A stretch of 64,000 nucleotides of DNA from positions 96,001-160,000 of the forward strand of contig CBDBFU010000011.1 of NCBI GenBank assembly GCA_965205025.1, in the 5' to 3' direction. Source of the DNA: Candidatus Poribacteria bacterium (GTDB lineage Bacteria > Poribacteria > WGA-4E > WGA-3G). The notes under the pieces were generated by a model. The model ran no database searches. It had not been told where the DNA came from and saw nothing but the letters and a program-made list of their open reading frames with translations. The translations under genes and the position numbers were made by a program. Each line of letters begins with the position of its first letter. The stretch's first letter is position 1. This document shows, piece after piece, positions 7,534-16,993 of this stretch.

Positions 7534-10323
7534 ATGCTGATTTCAGGGAATTATAGGTATTTTAGTCTTGTGATGCTTATTTTGGTATTATTTGTAATAT
7601 TACCTATAACAGCAAATGCAGAGACACTAAAAGTAATCATAAAAGATCAAGATGGGAGTGCAATCTCATCTGCTAAGGTTATGATCGGTGGAGAAGAGAA
7701 AACAACGGATAACGAGGGTACAGTAGAGTTTACTGATGTGTCAGGAGCTGATTCAGTTCAGATTACTGCAATCGGTTATGCTGGTAGACGAGTGAATATC
7801 ACATCTGGACAAACAGAACTTATGGTTGCTCTTGCACCAATACAGACAATCGAATCTATTGTTGTTGTCGGTACAAGAAGTATTGGGAGACGAGCATTAC
7901 AAGCACCTGTCCCAATTGAAGTGGTAGAAAGAGAACAACTAAGTTTGACTGGACAATCTGAAACTGGAAGAATTCTACAAATGTTAGTTCCATCATTCAA
8001 CTTTTCCAGTTCATCTATTAGTGATGGAACAGATGCATTACGGCCTGCAACCCTTCGGGGTTTAGGTCCAGACCAAACATTAGTTCTTATTAATGGAAAA
8101 CGACGCCACAAAAGTGCCTTACTACACATCAATACTTCTGTCGGACGCGGAACATCTGGAACGGATTTTAATGCCATACCATCATCAGCAATCAAGAGAA
8201 TCGAAGTCCTACGGGATGGGGCTGCTGCACAATATGGCTCAGATGCTATTGCTGGCGTCATAAATATTGTATTGAAAGATGATGTTGATACTGGGGATGC
8301 AAACCTATATTGGGGACAAACCTACGAAGGTGATGGAGATACATGGATTGGGAACGCAAATTACGGTATGAAGGTTGGCGAATCGGGTTATATTAACCTT
8401 ACCGCAGAATGGCGGGATAGATACCGAACAAACCGTGCTGGACTTTCAGGTACACGACAATATGATTGGTTAGAAGAAAATCCTGGTCGACCAGCAGACA
8501 GCATACTTGAAATAGAAAATGATGATGGCACGGTTACAGAAAAACCTGTCTGGTATGATTCAAGAGAATATACTTTTGATAGACAGAACTTCCGCATCGG
8601 TGATGCTGATTCATCACAAAAGGTCGGTTTTTACAACTTTGGCTTACCACTCGCAGCAGGTATAGAACTCTATTCATTTGGCGGTTATTCAACACGCCAG
8701 AATAATAGTGCCGGGTTTTATCGGAGAGCCAACCAAGCTGAAAGAACTATCACAGAGATATACCCAGATGGATTCTTACCTGAAATCAATACTGGGATTG
8801 AAGATGTTTCATTAGCATTAGGTATGGACTGGACACATGAATCTACAGATTTGAATGTTGATGTCAGTGTGAATCACGGACAAAATATATTCGACTTTTT
8901 CATTTCTAACTCACTTAATGCATCATACGGTGTCGGAAGTCCCACTTCAGCAGATGCCGGTGGTTTTGAACTCTCACAAACAGCATTTAATTTAGATGTC
9001 TCATATCCGTTGGAATATCAGTCATCCTTAATTAATTTGGCTGGTGGTTTGGAGTTCCGTCGTGAAGGTTATGGTATCAATGCTGGTGAACCAGCATCGT
9101 GGATAAATGCAGGTCTCGGCCCGGATGGAGCTGCCTCTGGTATACAAGTCTTTCCTGGATTCAGACCAAACCAAGAAACTGATGAAAATCGAACTAATAT
9201 CGCGGGATATGCTGATTTTGAATCATACCTGAGTGGGCAACCTGGTAGTGGACTACTCGTCGGTGCAGCTGTTCGAGGTGAACAGTATAGTGATTTCGGT
9301 TCCACTATTACAGGAAAAGCTACTACACGATATGACTTGAGTAAACAAATCGCTATACGCGCAGCAGGAAGTACTGGTTTCCGAGCGCCTTCTCTACAAC
9401 AACTCTATTTCAACAACATCAGTACACAGTTTAAGATCGATACAGATGATATCAATGGTAATGGTGACACTACGGAATTGATACCACTTGAGGTGGGTAC
9501 ATTCAGAAATGATAGTGATGCTGCCCGCGCATTAGGTATTCCTGAATTGAAAGAGGAAACAGCATTTAACGTCTCTGGTGGGGTTGTATTGAAACCTATA
9601 GATAAACTGTGGTTGACAGTTGACGGATTCCTTATTCAAATTGATGACCGAATTGTATTGAGTGGAAGTTTCAGTGCTGATAAGGTTCCAGGTTTAGCAG
9701 AAGCCGGTGCCAATAGTGCACAGGTCTTCACGAATGTAGCACAAACTCGTACACAAGGGGTAGATGTAGCTGCAGGTTATCTCTACGCATTTGAAAATGA
9801 GTCACTTCTAAACCTGAAAGTTGCCCTGACACTTGCTGATACTACCGTAATAGGTGATGTAGATGCCCCTGAAATCCTTGTTGGTTTAGAGGACACACTC
9901 TTCCCTTCACAGGAACGATCTATGATAGAAGAATGGCAACCAAATACTCGTATCAATATCAATGCTGACTATTTAGTTGGTGATATCACGCTTGGTGGAG
10001 CATTACGCTACTTCGGTGAATATACTGTACAGGAAGGTAGTGGTGATGATCCCGCACGCCAAACTTATGGCGGGAAATGGCTAACAGACATCCAAGGTAA
10101 TTACCGTCTGAATGAAGGTCTCTCCCTCACCATTGGTGCGAATAACTTGTTAGATCAAGTGCCTGATGAAAACCAAATTGGACAATCTCGTGGCGGAACC
10201 CTTGTAGATGGTAATGACGAAGTCATTGTAGATTCCCCAGGAGTCTTCACATATTCAAGAAGGGCTGCTCCATTCGGTTTCAACGGTGGACTCTACTACG
10301 CGAAACTATCCTATAGTTTCTAA
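7534..10323 (+). CDS. TonB-dependent outer-membrane receptor with N-terminal carboxypeptidase-regulatory-like domain
   Basis: Signal peptide, ESIVVVGTR TonB-box region, plug motifs LRGLGPDQTLVLINGKR and RIEVLRDGAAAQYGSDAIAGVINI, C-terminal YSF. Confidence 0.95.
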   Translation: MLISGNYRYFSLVMLILVLFVILPITANAETLKVIIKDQDGSAISSAKVMIGGEEKTTDNEGTVEFTDVSGADSVQITAIGYAGRRVNITSGQTELMVALAPIQTIESIVVVGTRSIGRRALQAPVPIEVVEREQLSLTGQSETGRILQMLVPSFNFSSSSISDGTDALRPATLRGLGPDQTLVLINGKRRHKSALLHINTSVGRGTSGTDFNAIPSSAIKRIEVLRDGAAAQYGSDAIAGVINIVLKDDVDTGDANLYWGQTYEGDGDTWIGNANYGMKVGESGYINLTAEWRDRYRTNRAGLSGTRQYDWLEENPGRPADSILEIENDDGTVTEKPVWYDSREYTFDRQNFRIGDADSSQKVGFYNFGLPLAAGIELYSFGGYSTRQNNSAGFYRRANQAERTITEIYPDGFLPEINTGIEDVSLALGMDWTHESTDLNVDVSVNHGQNIFDFFISNSLNASYGVGSPTSADAGGFELSQTAFNLDVSYPLEYQSSLINLAGGLEFRREGYGINAGEPASWINAGLGPDGAASGIQVFPGFRPNQETDENRTNIAGYADFESYLSGQPGSGLLVGAAVRGEQYSDFGSTITGKATTRYDLSKQIAIRAAGSTGFRAPSLQQLYFNNISTQFKIDTDDINGNGDTTELIPLEVGTFRNDSDAARALGIPELKEETAFNVSGGVVLKPIDKLWLTVDGFLIQIDDRIVLSGSFSADKVPGLAEAGANSAQVFTNVAQTRTQGVDVAAGYLYAFENESLLNLKVALTLADTTVIGDVDAPEILVGLEDTLFPSQERSMIEEWQPNTRININADYLVGDITLGGALRYFGEYTVQEGSGDDPARQTYGGKWLTDIQGNYRLNEGLSLTIGANNLLDQVPDENQIGQSRGGTLVDGNDEVIVDSPGVFTYSRRAAPFGFNGGLYYAKLSYSF

Positions 10324-10341
10324 TAAGAATAGCAAAAAGAA

Positions 10342-10387
10342 AAAGCGTTATACTGGTAACTGTTTGTACCTGTATAACGCTTTCTTT
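10342..10387. terminator. Bidirectional intrinsic terminator
   Basis: AAAGCGTTATAC...GTATAACGCTTT stem with A and T tails between convergent genes. Confidence 0.75.
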
Positions 10388-10464
10388 ATGTTAACTATCC
10401 TAACCCAAGTGGGCTACTAACGGATGTGAAATTCTCTGTTCTATTGAAATAGGTGTAATAATGG

Positions 10465-12084
10465 TTATTCTTCGAGTGTATCCGTTTCAGATGTAAGATA
10501 ATAATACCCAACGATAATACACATTTCGTCTTCAGAGGTAAATCCAAACTCAAGCGGTACATCTCGATCATAGTTGCTATAGGTACACTGAAAACTAAGT
10601 CCATCCGTAGCATCAAGCATCAGCGGAGGATTATAGAACGTTATAGGGGCATCATCATAAGCAATGCTCCTATGTAGCAACTCATTTGTTGACATCTGAG
10701 TAATTTCAAACAATTCACCATGTCGATGCATGTGAGAGGTCAGCATCATTATATTCACGACTGCATCCGGGGCTATACCTCGGAGGTCAAGTTCATCTTC
10801 AATGTACCAGTCCATTTTAGCAATACGGGTGAGTCCGGGAGGAACGTTAATAGTCGTGTTGGAGATAAAAATTTCAACCGCTTCATGTTTGACTTCTTCA
10901 GGTGGTAACGTATAGAGATTCATATATACCTCACCTATGAGTGTTTTAGTACCTAACAAATTAATGTAGTGAGAATTCAAATCGAATATAGTATCACCGG
11001 AGAGTCGAAGTGCAACACCTTCTGGAAATTTAAAAGAGAAGTCTTTGCTTTGTGTCCCGCCAACGAAATACCGGTGTGTACCAAGATTACCAAGTGCTTG
11101 CGCATCGTCTGGATTAAGTTCACGGAAAACATGATTCGGGTCAACTCCTATTCCCGGGGTGATACCAGTATGAATAATGTCTTCTTCTATACCCCTTTCA
11201 GTGATTCTATATAAAATAAAATGATGGCTTCCTGTTGGGTAAAAAATTTCGTATCCGTTGATGAATATATCACCTTCTATCAGATCCCCATTTTCATCAC
11301 GGATCTGTGTTGCGTAAAACACCTCACGTTCGGTACCCGGCTCGATTGTGTAAGGTGGTAAATGTAACTGATACCCTTGTCCAGGTAGCGGTGCTGGCGG
11401 TGGTACAAATGTTTCATCGGGATCTCGAAGCACACCAAGATCGCCAATTCCTTCTACTTTTCCTGTCTGTGGCGCACCGGCAGCAATCCATTTACGAATC
11501 GCATCTATTTTACCGTCGTGAAGCACACCACTACCAAGTGGCATTATTGACCCATACTCTTGTGATATGGGGGCAATCAACTTCGTCAATAAGAAACTAT
11601 TTTCAGGATTGCCCGGATCAACAAGTTTCATTCCAGATGCCAATGCCGCCGGGTTCTCTGGTGCTTGTCCTACTAACTCCTCATAGGAAGACGTATAGGT
11701 AAGGTTCAATCCAGCAATATTTGTCGGTGCCGCATGGCACGCACTATTCGCACAGCTCTTATCAAAAATATACTCTTGTATTGAGTGATAAGTTGAATGC
11801 TCATCCGGTACTGTTTCTCCAAAACGATTGCTGACGCGAACAAGATCAAGGATATTGATAACACCATCACGATTCACATCAGGGTCATGTAAAGCAGTGC
11901 GATCTCGCGACTGGCCAATAGCAGCAGCCACAAGCACTAAGTCTTGAATATTTACAACACCGTCTTTGTTCACATCCTCTAACAAACTCGGCGTATCACT
12001 GTGTCCAAACACAGTACAAGGCACAGTCACCATAAGCACAAAAAACACAAACAAATAAACTATCTTTTTTAAAATCATTAACAT
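10465..12084 (-). CDS. Secreted dockerin-like + cytochrome c (CX4CH) + copper type II (PHM/DBH-like) monooxygenase fusion
   Basis: Signal peptide; two DVNxDGVxNIxDLV repeats; CANSACH; Cu ligand motifs SHHFILY, NSHYIN, SHMH and EDEMC. Confidence 0.8.
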   Translation of the reverse strand: MLMILKKIVYLFVFFVLMVTVPCTVFGHSDTPSLLEDVNKDGVVNIQDLVLVAAAIGQSRDRTALHDPDVNRDGVINILDLVRVSNRFGETVPDEHSTYHSIQEYIFDKSCANSACHAAPTNIAGLNLTYTSSYEELVGQAPENPAALASGMKLVDPGNPENSFLLTKLIAPISQEYGSIMPLGSGVLHDGKIDAIRKWIAAGAPQTGKVEGIGDLGVLRDPDETFVPPPAPLPGQGYQLHLPPYTIEPGTEREVFYATQIRDENGDLIEGDIFINGYEIFYPTGSHHFILYRITERGIEEDIIHTGITPGIGVDPNHVFRELNPDDAQALGNLGTHRYFVGGTQSKDFSFKFPEGVALRLSGDTIFDLNSHYINLLGTKTLIGEVYMNLYTLPPEEVKHEAVEIFISNTTINVPPGLTRIAKMDWYIEDELDLRGIAPDAVVNIMMLTSHMHRHGELFEITQMSTNELLHRSIAYDDAPITFYNPPLMLDATDGLSFQCTYSNYDRDVPLEFGFTSEDEMCIIVGYYYLTSETDTLEE

Positions 12085-12131
12085 CCTAACTTTCTATAGT
12101 TGTGTCAATTATTGCAACTAATATATATAAA

Positions 12132-12270
12132 CTAACCTGAGTTGATATAAACAAAAACTCTGATAAATAGAGAACTCCTAAGGTATAAAGAAATTATACA
12201 TAAATCACTATCATAAGAAGTTCTGTATGTCTATTATACAATTTTTTTGGGATATTATCGACTCATAATT
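12132..12270. mobile_element. Degenerate MITE/IS remnant
   Basis: Imperfect terminal inverted repeats TAACCTGAGTTGATAT / TTATCGACTCATAATT. Confidence 0.4.
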
Positions 12271-12317
12271 GACTTTGAAACAAAACCCCGATCCTTCAAG
12301 ATCCTTTTACCACCCTT

Positions 12318-12460
12318 GGTAGGCTTGGTTTACGGGGAATGTCTTATGAAGATTAATTTTTAAATTCGGTAATTCTAATTCCCCAAGACCCAGTAGGCGG
12401 GAATGCTAAATAGCATTCATACCGTTGATTCCTTGATTCCTTGATTCCTTGATTCGCGGG
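12318..12460 (+). mobile_element. Nested REP half, GGGAATGC element and left end of MITE A, followed by TTGATTCC tandem repeats
   Basis: GGTAGGCTTGGTTT|ACGGGGAATGTCTT|ATGAAGATTAATTTTTAAATTCGGTAAT...GGGAATGCTAAATAGCATTCATACCG then about four TTGATTCC units. Confidence 0.7.
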
Positions 12461-12466
12461 TGAATC

Positions 12467-12582
12467 TTTGTAGAAAACGCTGAAACCCACTAAATAAGCC
12501 CCAGCGGGGCGAAAGGTGTGTAGAAAACGTCATAACCCTAAACAACAAGCCCCAGCGGGGCGAAAGGTGTGTAGAAAACGTG
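12467..12582 (+). repeat. Tandem CCCCAGCGGGG palindromic repeats (about 51-bp period)
   Basis: AAGCCCCAGCGGGGCGAAAGGTGTGTAGAAAACG twice, with a partial third; relatives at 15030-15100, 15261, 18309 and 53220-53290. Confidence 0.85.
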
Positions 12583-12878
12583 TTTATCCACTATCTTGAG
12601 TTCCATAGAGACGGAATATCTATAAAATACCTATTGAAGTAAATTGACTTTTTCGAATGCTAATAATGTAAACTAATCAATAGAATTAGTATAATCTATC
12701 TGATAATTATCCAAACTATAGTCATTTAGTAATGAGTAATCATCATATTAAATGGTATAATGTATAATCAATATATGAGATGAGTATAACTCCTTGAAGT
12801 CGTGTTGTAGAAGATGAATCTTGGAATAGTTATTGAGATTCAAACACAAAAAGCCTGAATTCATGCTAAAAACTTTAA

Positions 12879-12975
12879 ATACCCAATTTCAGCAAATCCA
12901 TTGCATGCATTTATCATGTTTGTTAAAATAAACCAATATGCTATTGCTGTATCGTCCGAATTTGTAATAATTCCA
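12879..12975 (+). promoter_or_regulatory. Duplicated promoter-like block, copy 1 (TTGCAT-N17-TAAAAT)
   Basis: Near-identical to 18649-18745; -35 at 12901, -10 at 12924. Confidence 0.55.
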
Positions 12976-13039
12976 TTTAGGATGTTTAATAATATTCTAT
13001 GATGATACCGATATAATATGATATGATTTAGATTTCATC

Positions 13040-13381
13040 CAACGGAACTCTCGCAAACACTATATTAGTCCCAAAACATTGGGATAGGTAGTTTATGACA
13101 CATGACATCATTTGCTGGTGCCTGCAAGCAACGAAATTTCAGTATATTGCATACTTGGTTATCAAGTGAAAATGGTCCTATATTAATTTACAGATTTGCA
13201 TATGGACTTTGGTGAAATAATTAGAGGAAGACATATTTCACAAGTCAGTGTTCCACTATTGAGTGATGAAAATACCCAGCGGGAAATAAACAATACAGTT
13301 TTGGAAGCGATTCAGAATCGAACCGAAGTCTATAACTTGGAACAGAAGGCGTTGAGGATCCATGATGAAAAGGTTATCTAA
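13040..13381 (+). pseudogene. Type I RM specificity subunit (HsdS-like) C-terminal remnant
   Basis: Broken frames read GTLANTILVPKHWDR*FMTHDII...WLSSENGPILIYRFAYG...HISQVSVPLL...QREINNTVLEA. Confidence 0.6.
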
Positions 13382-13421
13382 GCACATTTAACTTCCGTTG
13401 AGGTAATTACACTACTGCCAA

Positions 13422-14759
13422 GTGTCGTGGGTAGTTAATGAAAGGGAACTAATGGATAAGGAAAAGAAAAATCTAGAAAATAGAAAGGAAGATTGGATAG
13501 CGAGTGTTTTAAAAGCAACCCTTGCTCCTTTTCCTATTGTAGGTCCTTCACTCTCAGAATTAGCGAGTAAATTAATTCCGAATCAGAGAATTGACAGAAT
13601 TGCCTCTGAACTCAAAAGTTTAGAATCAAAGATAAAAGACATTGGTGAGACCGTTGATCTGTTGAAACCGGAATTCGCTGAAGTTTATTATATTCGAGGA
13701 GCTAAGGAAGTTCATCAAGGGAAATATGAGAGTGCTATTGACAACTATAATAATGCGATTCGACTCAATTCTGAATTTGCTGAAGCCTACAACGATCTGG
13801 GTGTTGCGCAAACCATGCTTTCTCGTCATAATGAAGCTGTCCTAAATTTTGACAAAGCGATTGAACTCAGATCGGATTTTGCCATAGCATACTACAATCG
13901 AGGCCACTCAAAATTCTATCTTGATCAATATAGTTCAGGTATCTCTGACTATGATGAGGCGATTCGTCTGAAACCAGGTTTGTTTGGTGCCTATATCAAT
14001 AGAGGCAATGTAAGGTTCTTATTTGGACAGTACGCTGACGCCATTTCTGACTATAATGAGGCAATTCATCTGAAACCAGATTCAGTTGAAGCGTATACTA
14101 ATAGAGGCAATGTAAAAAGCAAACTTGGGCAGTATAGCAATGCTATTTCCGATTATAATAAGGCGATTCGTTTGGAACCAGATTTTGCTGATGCTTATAT
14201 CGGTCGCGGTATTACGTATTCTAATTTTGAAAAATACAAAGAAGCCCTTGCTGATTTTAACAAAGCGATCCATCTAGACCTGAATTCCGCTTATGCCTAT
14301 ATGAATCGTGGTATCACGTATGCTAAACTTAAAAAATACAGAGAGGCTATTTCGGACTTTGATGAGGCGATAAGACTGGATCCTGCTTCCACTAACGCCT
14401 ATAGAAGTCGTGGTAATGTGAAGAGTTTTCTTTGTAAATACGACGATGCAATTTTGGACTATAACGAGGCGATTCGTTTGGATCCTGCTTCCGCCAATGC
14501 CTATTTTAATCGTGGTGTCACGTTTGCTCAACTCAAAAAATACAAAGAGACTATTTCGGACTATGATGAGGCGATTCGTCTGAACCCGGATTTCGCTGAA
14601 GCATACATCAATAGAGGGGCTACAAAGCAAAGTCTTAGTAAATATGAGGAGGCAATGGTGGATTTCCAGACAGCTTTAAAAATCGCTGAAGAACAAGGGA
14701 AAGCACACCTCAAAACTCATATTGAGCAAGCGATTCAAGAACTCAAAGACAAAGAGTAG
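13422..14759 (+). CDS. Tetratricopeptide repeat protein (about 10 TPRs)
   Basis: 34-aa repeats of the form AYxNRGxxxxxLxxYxxAIxDYxxAIRLxP. Confidence 0.93.
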   Translation: MSWVVNERELMDKEKKNLENRKEDWIASVLKATLAPFPIVGPSLSELASKLIPNQRIDRIASELKSLESKIKDIGETVDLLKPEFAEVYYIRGAKEVHQGKYESAIDNYNNAIRLNSEFAEAYNDLGVAQTMLSRHNEAVLNFDKAIELRSDFAIAYYNRGHSKFYLDQYSSGISDYDEAIRLKPGLFGAYINRGNVRFLFGQYADAISDYNEAIHLKPDSVEAYTNRGNVKSKLGQYSNAISDYNKAIRLEPDFADAYIGRGITYSNFEKYKEALADFNKAIHLDLNSAYAYMNRGITYAKLKKYREAISDFDEAIRLDPASTNAYRSRGNVKSFLCKYDDAILDYNEAIRLDPASANAYFNRGVTFAQLKKYKETISDYDEAIRLNPDFAEAYINRGATKQSLSKYEEAMVDFQTALKIAEEQGKAHLKTHIEQAIQELKDKE

Positions 14760-14998
14760 TATTTTACTCAAGCGGAGCTAAAGAAGGGAAAACCAAGACC
14801 CGTGTTCTTCCAGAATTAAACTTTCACGGCATTCCCACTCAAAACGGCACCCCAAACACAAAACACCCCATCATAATCCATAATTTCAAAACAGCGATAC
14901 CCCATCATCGGTGTCTGCAAACGGTTCGTGAAATCCCAACCCACGAGACTAAAACCCGGAAAACAACCCATCAGGATCGGAAGCAGAATGAAATTACT

Positions 14999-15358
14999 AT
15001 AGTTTGGACAGTTTGAGCGGTACATATTTCGCCCCTCTGGGGCTTAGACCTTGGTAAGGTATGGCGTTTCTACAAACATTTCACCCCTCTGGGGCTACAC
15101 TTTGGTCCATCCGAGTCTATTTTCAAGAGTTGGATTGGTGTGAGAAACGTGGAGAAAAACCACAAACACTTTCAAGATAGGTGAAGCATCTCTCACAAAT
15201 TGTCCATAATATAGTATACGGTATTAACTTGTAGAAAATCTATCATATATAAATAAGAACAGCCCCAGCGGGGCGGAAGGTGTATCCATAGGATAACATT
15301 GATATGACTAGTTCTGCTAATCAAGACCAATCTAAGAACTTTAAACTGTCCAAACTAT
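14999..15358. mobile_element. MITE family B bounded by a perfect 16-bp inverted repeat, carrying CCCC-N3-GGGG repeats
   Basis: ATAGTTTGGACAGTTT (14999) and AAACTGTCCAAACTAT (ends 15358); the same end motif recurs at 28331-28369. Confidence 0.7.
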
Positions 15359-15364
15359 TGTGAA

Positions 15365-15590
15365 ATTATCCAATCTTTCCCACTCATGCCGTGTATGGTT
15401 CGGTACTGGTAAATATCTTCATTGATGTCTCAGAAGAATCCGCACGTTATCACGAGACACGATCCAAAAAACGATCTTCCTTGCGAACAAGAAGTCTGTC
15501 TTGAAACCGAGTTCTTGATTGTAGAAGTCTATTGACTCCGTCAAATTTTTGACATTAAGACTGGGTAGATTCATTCAAGTGTCGTATTAA
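15365..15590 (-). pseudogene. VOC/glyoxalase-bleomycin-resistance family remnant
   Basis: Manual translation PSLNVKNLTESIDFYNQELGFKTDFLF...VSRDNVRILL followed by a stop; ends next to MITE B. Confidence 0.55.
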
Positions 15591-15820
15591 ACATTATAAT
15601 GAATTAGTTTTAAATTTTGTTAACCTCTGTTATACTGACTTATTATCTTTCGAACAAATATTTTCTGGGGTTTTTATTTTGCGAGGGTTACCAGGCAACT
15701 TTTTTATCTGCGTTGGACATTTTTTGAGTTGCAAGTCTACAATTGAAAAGAAGACGGGCGGAGGTGAGTCGTAAAAGCATGCATTTATGTGTGTTGCGGA
15801 GGTATATAAGGAGAATTGAT

Positions 15821-16360
15821 ATGCCAGAGAAAACGGCACCTAATCTTGGTGTTGAAGACATAGATCATATAATAAGAAAAATTGTTGATAATCCTACTTT
15901 TTCTAAGGAGAAGATAAACGAACTAGCGGGTATTGGTTCTCGGCAAAGTAGAGAGAATCTATTATTAACCCCTTGGATATTGGATAATACGCGTCTTGTC
16001 TTGGGTGAGGATATTGATTTGCGGCAAAATGAAGAACTTCGCAGTCTGCGGGATGATAAAATATATCCTGATTTGGTAGGTAAAGACCTCCGAGGGTATC
16101 CTATTATTGTTGAAGTGAAATTTAAGTTCGATTATCCAGAAGATAAAAAACAGAATCGCACAGATCCTGAATACATGGCTATTGGTCAGATTCTTCAATA
16201 TTCTCGTGCGTATAGGAGAGAATATCCATCAACTGAAGACCTGCGTTTGTTAATTGTTAGTATAGATTATTCGCCAGATGTGGAGGATGTTTGTAAATTC
16301 TTACGATCAAAAAGCATTGACATTCGCTATATTTCTATCAAGAAGATATTATGCAAGTGA
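15821..16360 (+). CDS. PD-(D/E)XK nuclease, NucS/EndoMS C-terminal-like
   Basis: YPDLVGKD...IIVEVK...AIGQILQY; start MPEK follows AAGGAG. Confidence 0.7.
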   Translation: MPEKTAPNLGVEDIDHIIRKIVDNPTFSKEKINELAGIGSRQSRENLLLTPWILDNTRLVLGEDIDLRQNEELRSLRDDKIYPDLVGKDLRGYPIIVEVKFKFDYPEDKKQNRTDPEYMAIGQILQYSRAYRREYPSTEDLRLLIVSIDYSPDVEDVCKFLRSKSIDIRYISIKKILCK

Positions 16361-16405
16361 TTTGAGAGGAAGTACACCCAGCTAAGCCCGTGTCGTTACG
16401 GTGGA

Positions 16406-16930
16406 TTAGCGGAAAGGATTGCTTTTGTTGACTCTTTTTAGTTTGCCTAATGCTTGTTCCAGCGGAGATCGGAAAGGATTTTGTTGTTCAAGTCTGTTTC
16501 TTCCTGTGAATTTTAGAAGTTTCTGCAATGGTGTCTCTAAATCGGGGATGTTGACAAAGACAAGGTCAACGTTTACCGGTAAGCGTTCAGTTATTTTGGG
16601 TGGGTATATGATCCCTATGAACTTCTCAATACCCCTTAGTGTATCCGTGTATTCGTCCGTGGATACATTGAGCCAATATCCCCATGGTATAGTAGCCCAC
16701 GTCACATAGAGGCTATAACGTTTATACACTTGAATTTTCGGATCATTAATATGTTCCCTCAACCTATTTTTTATTTCCCCGCTTCCAACTTTTAGTATAG
16801 TTTGCGGATGAGTATCTGCCCAAATTATATAATTCCCCGTTACACTTAATCCCCAAGGGAATTCAAGTCGAGGATTATCTATTAGTGAATTATTGAAAAA
16901 GTCCGTCTGTCAATGTAGTTTCATGTACAT
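16406..16930 (-). pseudogene. GIY-YIG-like nuclease with an in-frame TGA at codon 7
   Basis: MYMKLH*QTDF...TGNYIIW...LKVGSGEIKNRLREH...RGIEKF, in frame with track ORF 16406..16762. Confidence 0.55.
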
Positions 16931-16955
16931 GATACAACCCTTCATAAAAGTTGTG

Positions 16956-16980
16956 GGTCGCCAGTTTGAACTGACGACCT
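16956..16980 (-). terminator. Stem-loop downstream of the 16994..17458 gene
   Basis: GGTCGCCAGTT-TG-AACTGACGACC. Confidence 0.5.
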
Positions 16981-16993
16981 CGTTGTGATGCTG

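Noticed and set aside
12467-12582. Regularly spaced repeats as a CRISPR array
   Set aside because: Only 2-3 units with short AT-rich spacers of about 17 nt, the same repeat is dispersed elsewhere, and no cas genes are present; better explained as REP-like repeats
14816-15025. GC-richer segment after the TPR gene as a CDS
   Set aside because: No recognisable motif in any frame and it is cut by MITE B; probably a gene fragment
16910-16912. Selenocysteine or genetic-code reassignment at the in-frame TGA
   Set aside because: No SECIS-like hairpin is evident downstream, and TGA terminates other genes in this window (for example at 16360 and 28117)
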